Positions 60,793 through 64,000 of a stretch of 64,000 nucleotides of DNA are shown in pieces (positions within the stretch are counted from its first letter, which is position 1; each line of letters opens with the position of its first letter). Location of the stretch: assembly GCA_963920595.1 (NCBI GenBank), contig OY986949.1, positions 930,001-994,000 on the forward strand, written 5' to 3'. A program made the translations under genes and the position numbers. Below the pieces are notes generated by a model, which ran no database searches, had not been told where the DNA came from, and saw nothing but the letters and a program-made list of their open reading frames with translations. This stretch comes from Eimeria praecox. Lineage: Eukaryota.

Positions 60793-62058
60793 GTGGTGGT
60801 GCTGCTGCTGCTGCTGCAGTTTGTTATCAAGGCTCCTCGCAGCAGCTCAGAAGCTGTTATAGAACTCGTGTGCTGCTGAGAACCTGAAGCAGCAGCAACA
60901 GCAGCAGCAGCAACAGCAGCAGCAGAAACAGCAGCAGCAACAGCAGCAGCAGCAACAGCAGTAGCAACAGCAGAAGCAACAGCAGCAGCAGTAGGTATAG
61001 GAATGACAGACCTAATATACAAACAGACCTACAGAGGCGTCAGCAGCAGCAGCAACAACAACAGCAGCAGCAGCAACAGCAGCAGCGCCAACAGCAGCAC
61101 CAACAGCAGCAGCAGCAGCACCACCTCCCACAGCAGCAGCAGTAGCAGCAGTAGCAGCAGCAACAGTAGCAGCAGCAACGTCTGCAGAAGCACCAACAGC
61201 AACAGCAGCACCAACAGCAACAACAGCACCAACAGCAACAGCAGCACCAACAGCACCAACAGCAACAGCAGCAGCAGCAACAGCAGCAGCAACAGCACCA
61301 CCAGCAGCAGCAGCAGCAGCAGCAACAGCACCAACAGCACCAGCAGCAGCAACAGCAGCAGCAACAGCACCACCAGCAGCAACAGCAGCAACAGCACCAA
61401 CAGCAGCAGCAGCAACAGCAGCAACAGCAGCAACAGCAGCAGCAGCAGCAGGAGCAGCAGTATCACCTAATATTCTGTGGGGTTCAAGTGGATCTACGAC
61501 AGTAAGGAAAACCCTCTTAGCCAACCAATCAGCAGAAGAAGCATTCTTCAAATAATAAACTACTGTCTCTTTCTTATTATCTTCTGTCTCCTTTCTATTA
61601 TTATCTTCTGTCTCCTTTCTATTATCTTCTGTCTCCTTTCTATTATTATATTCTGTCTCATTATTATTATCTTCTGTCTCCTTGTTGTTATTATCTTCTG
61701 TCTCCTTTCTATTGTTATCTTCTGTCTCCTTTCTATTATTATTTTCTGTCTCCTCTTTATTATATTTATTATTATCTATCTCTTTAATTTTATTTATATC
61801 TCTTTGTCGATTGTCTCTGTTTCTTCTATCTCCTGCTGCTGCTGCTGCTGCTCCTCCTCCTCCTGCTGCTGCTGCTGCTGCTGCTCCTCCTCCTGCTGCT
61901 GCTGCTGCTGCTGCTGCCTCAGCAGCAATATCTACAGCAGCAATATGAGGAGGTATATCATAAAACAATTGTGACTTTGCTGCTGCTGCTGCTGCTGTGT
62001 CTTTTATATTCAACACACAACAAGCAGCATTAAATTGCAAACTATAAAACCTAAACAA

Positions 62059-62110
<52 letters not shown>

Positions 62111-62199
62111 AATAAATAATAAATAAATAAATAAATAAATGAATAAATAAACAACAAATATACAATAAATAATAAATAAATAAATAAATAAATAAACAA

Positions 62200-62254
<55 letters not shown>

Positions 62255-63083
62255 ACAAGAAATAAATAAATAATAAACAATAAACAATAAACCCTAGACA
62301 ACAAGACCTAAACCCTAAACCCTAAACCCTAGACAACAAACCCTATAAACCCTAAACAACAACAAACCCTATAAACCCTAAACCCTAAACCCTAAACCCT
62401 AAACCCTAAACCCTAAACCCTAAACCCTAAACCCTAAACCCTAAACCCTAGACAACAAGCCCTAAACAACAAACCCGAAACCCTAAACAACAACAAACCC
62501 TAAACCCTAAACAACAACAAACCCTATAAACCCTAAACCCTAGATAACAGACCCTAAACCCTAAACCCTAAACCCTAAACAACAGCAACCCCTCTAAACC
62601 CTAAACCCTAATGAATATATACCTGAAGAAGGCGCGCAGCAGCTGCAGCAGCGAAGGCTGTGGCTGCTGCAGCAGCACCACCGATCCCAGCATACTTGCG
62701 ATGTCTCTTCGTAGATTATCTGCTGCTGCTGCTGCTGCTGCAGCAGCAGCAGCATCAGCAGCAGCAGCAGCAGCAGGAAGAGACATTTGCGGCTGTACGA
62801 ACAGAGTACGTTTGGAAGCTATTCGTAGCTGCTGCAGTGTTTCTGCTGCTGCTGCTGCTGCAGCAGCAGCAGGAGCAGCAGGAGCAGCAGCAGCAGCAGC
62901 AGCAGATCTCCCCAACCCATATTTGTATCCGCTCATTTTAAATGCTGCTGCTGCTGCAGCAGCAGCAGCAGCAGCAGCACTAGGAGATAGCTGATGTCTA
63001 CAATACGCCTCTAAAGATAAACCTAAAACTTCTTCAGGATATTTAAACCCCACAGATTCCCTCCAAGGCCCGCAGCTGCACAC

Positions 63084-63141
<58 letters not shown>

Positions 63142-63289
63142 GTGGTGGTGGTGGTTGGGGCTATGATAGAGATATATTTATTTGATAGAGGTTTATTAAA
63201 CCCTCTCTCAGGATCAATAAAATAAATATTAAGAGAATCGTCTTCTATTATATTTGTAGGAAGCAAACAGCCACACGATTTACACCTCA

Positions 63290-63357
<68 letters not shown>

Positions 63358-63492
63358 AGCAGCAGAGACAGAGGAAGCTGCAGATTAGGAAGCAGCGGCA
63401 GCCATTGAGTGTCTCCGACAGCCCAGAAAATTTCTTGTAGCTGTTCCCATGTCCCCTGCTGCTGAGGCAAGCACCGCAGCAGCAACTGCTGC

Positions 63493-63543
<51 letters not shown>

Positions 63544-63624
63544 GAATTGAAGAGACAGCGCTGCAGGAAGTACACCCCAGCTAACTGCCACGAATAGCTG
63601 TTTGTAAATCCCCTTGAACCATCA
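60189..63624 (-). CDS. Cid1/TUTase/GLD2-like non-canonical poly(A/U) polymerase, C-terminal part; upstream exons lie beyond the window
   Basis: Exons 63624-62623, 62050-61467 and 60883-60189 (last tentative). DGSRGFTNSYSWQLAGVYFLQ resembles DASRGTLSSY..LMVIHFLQ. SLLQLLRAFFRFYSLQFN..CVLNIK and LTVVDPLEPHRILG resemble the PAP-associated domain (IEDPF...NLG). ITASELLRG follows. The catalytic DxD region is not in the window. Confidence 0.75.
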
Positions 63625-63815
63625 CTGAGGAGACACCCCAACACATAACAGCAGCAAAAGAGACACACACTGCAGCAGCAGCAGCAGCAGCAGCACATGT
63701 AGCAGCAGCAGCAGATGTAGCAGCAGATAGCTGCAGAAGCAGCAGCAACAGATATGACAGCAGCAACACAAACGCTAGAGAAAAAGAGAGACAAAATTAC
63801 CATCAGCAGCAGCAA

Positions 63816-63853
<38 letters not shown>

Positions 63854-63918
63854 ACAGCAGCAGTTGCAGCAGCAGCAGCCCCACTACCACAACCAGCAGC
63901 AGCACCAAACCCATCACT

Positions 63919-63952
<34 letters not shown>

Positions 63953-64000
63953 CCCCCACCAGCAGCAACAGCAACACCACAACCAGCAGCAGCACACCAG

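Noticed and set aside
59316..60862. Plus-strand Cys- and Ala-rich ORFs as antisense genes
   Set aside because: They are alternative frames of CAG/CGG repeats with no recognisable domain.

Overview
This is eukaryotic, intron-rich genomic DNA from a coccidian apicomplexan, almost certainly Eimeria. The hallmarks are dense (CAG)n giving poly-A/Q/S tracts in proteins, interstitial telomere-like (AAACCCT)n, TGCATGCA octamers and very AT-rich microsatellite introns. Most ORFs in the supplied track are repeat artefacts. By hand I assembled seven spliced genes from GT/AG boundaries and phase: FabF/KAS II (-, signal peptide, runs off the left edge), organellar-type LeuRS (-), a Plasmodium 41-3 antigen homologue (+), an RMD1/DUF155 protein (-), UTP7/WDR46 (+), a two-pore cation channel (-) and the 3' part of a Cid1/TUTase-like nucleotidyltransferase (-). 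Products are recognised from remembered motifs, not from a database search. The most unusual signal is a recurring 'splice-junction echo': tandem copies of an exon end with its splice site, lying in the adjacent intron. There are 22 near-identical copies of the channel pore-filter exon end, 5 decaying copies in FabF (two forming in-frame 57-nt pseudo-exons), 3 acceptor copies in UTP7 and 2 decayed copies in the first channel intron. Also notable are a dispersed AGGTGTAYRTACACCT palindrome, a perfect 20-bp inverted pair in a divergent promoter, inverted telomeric tracts flanking small exons, and an apparently editing-dead LeuRS. No CRISPR, rRNA, tRNA or transposase was found.
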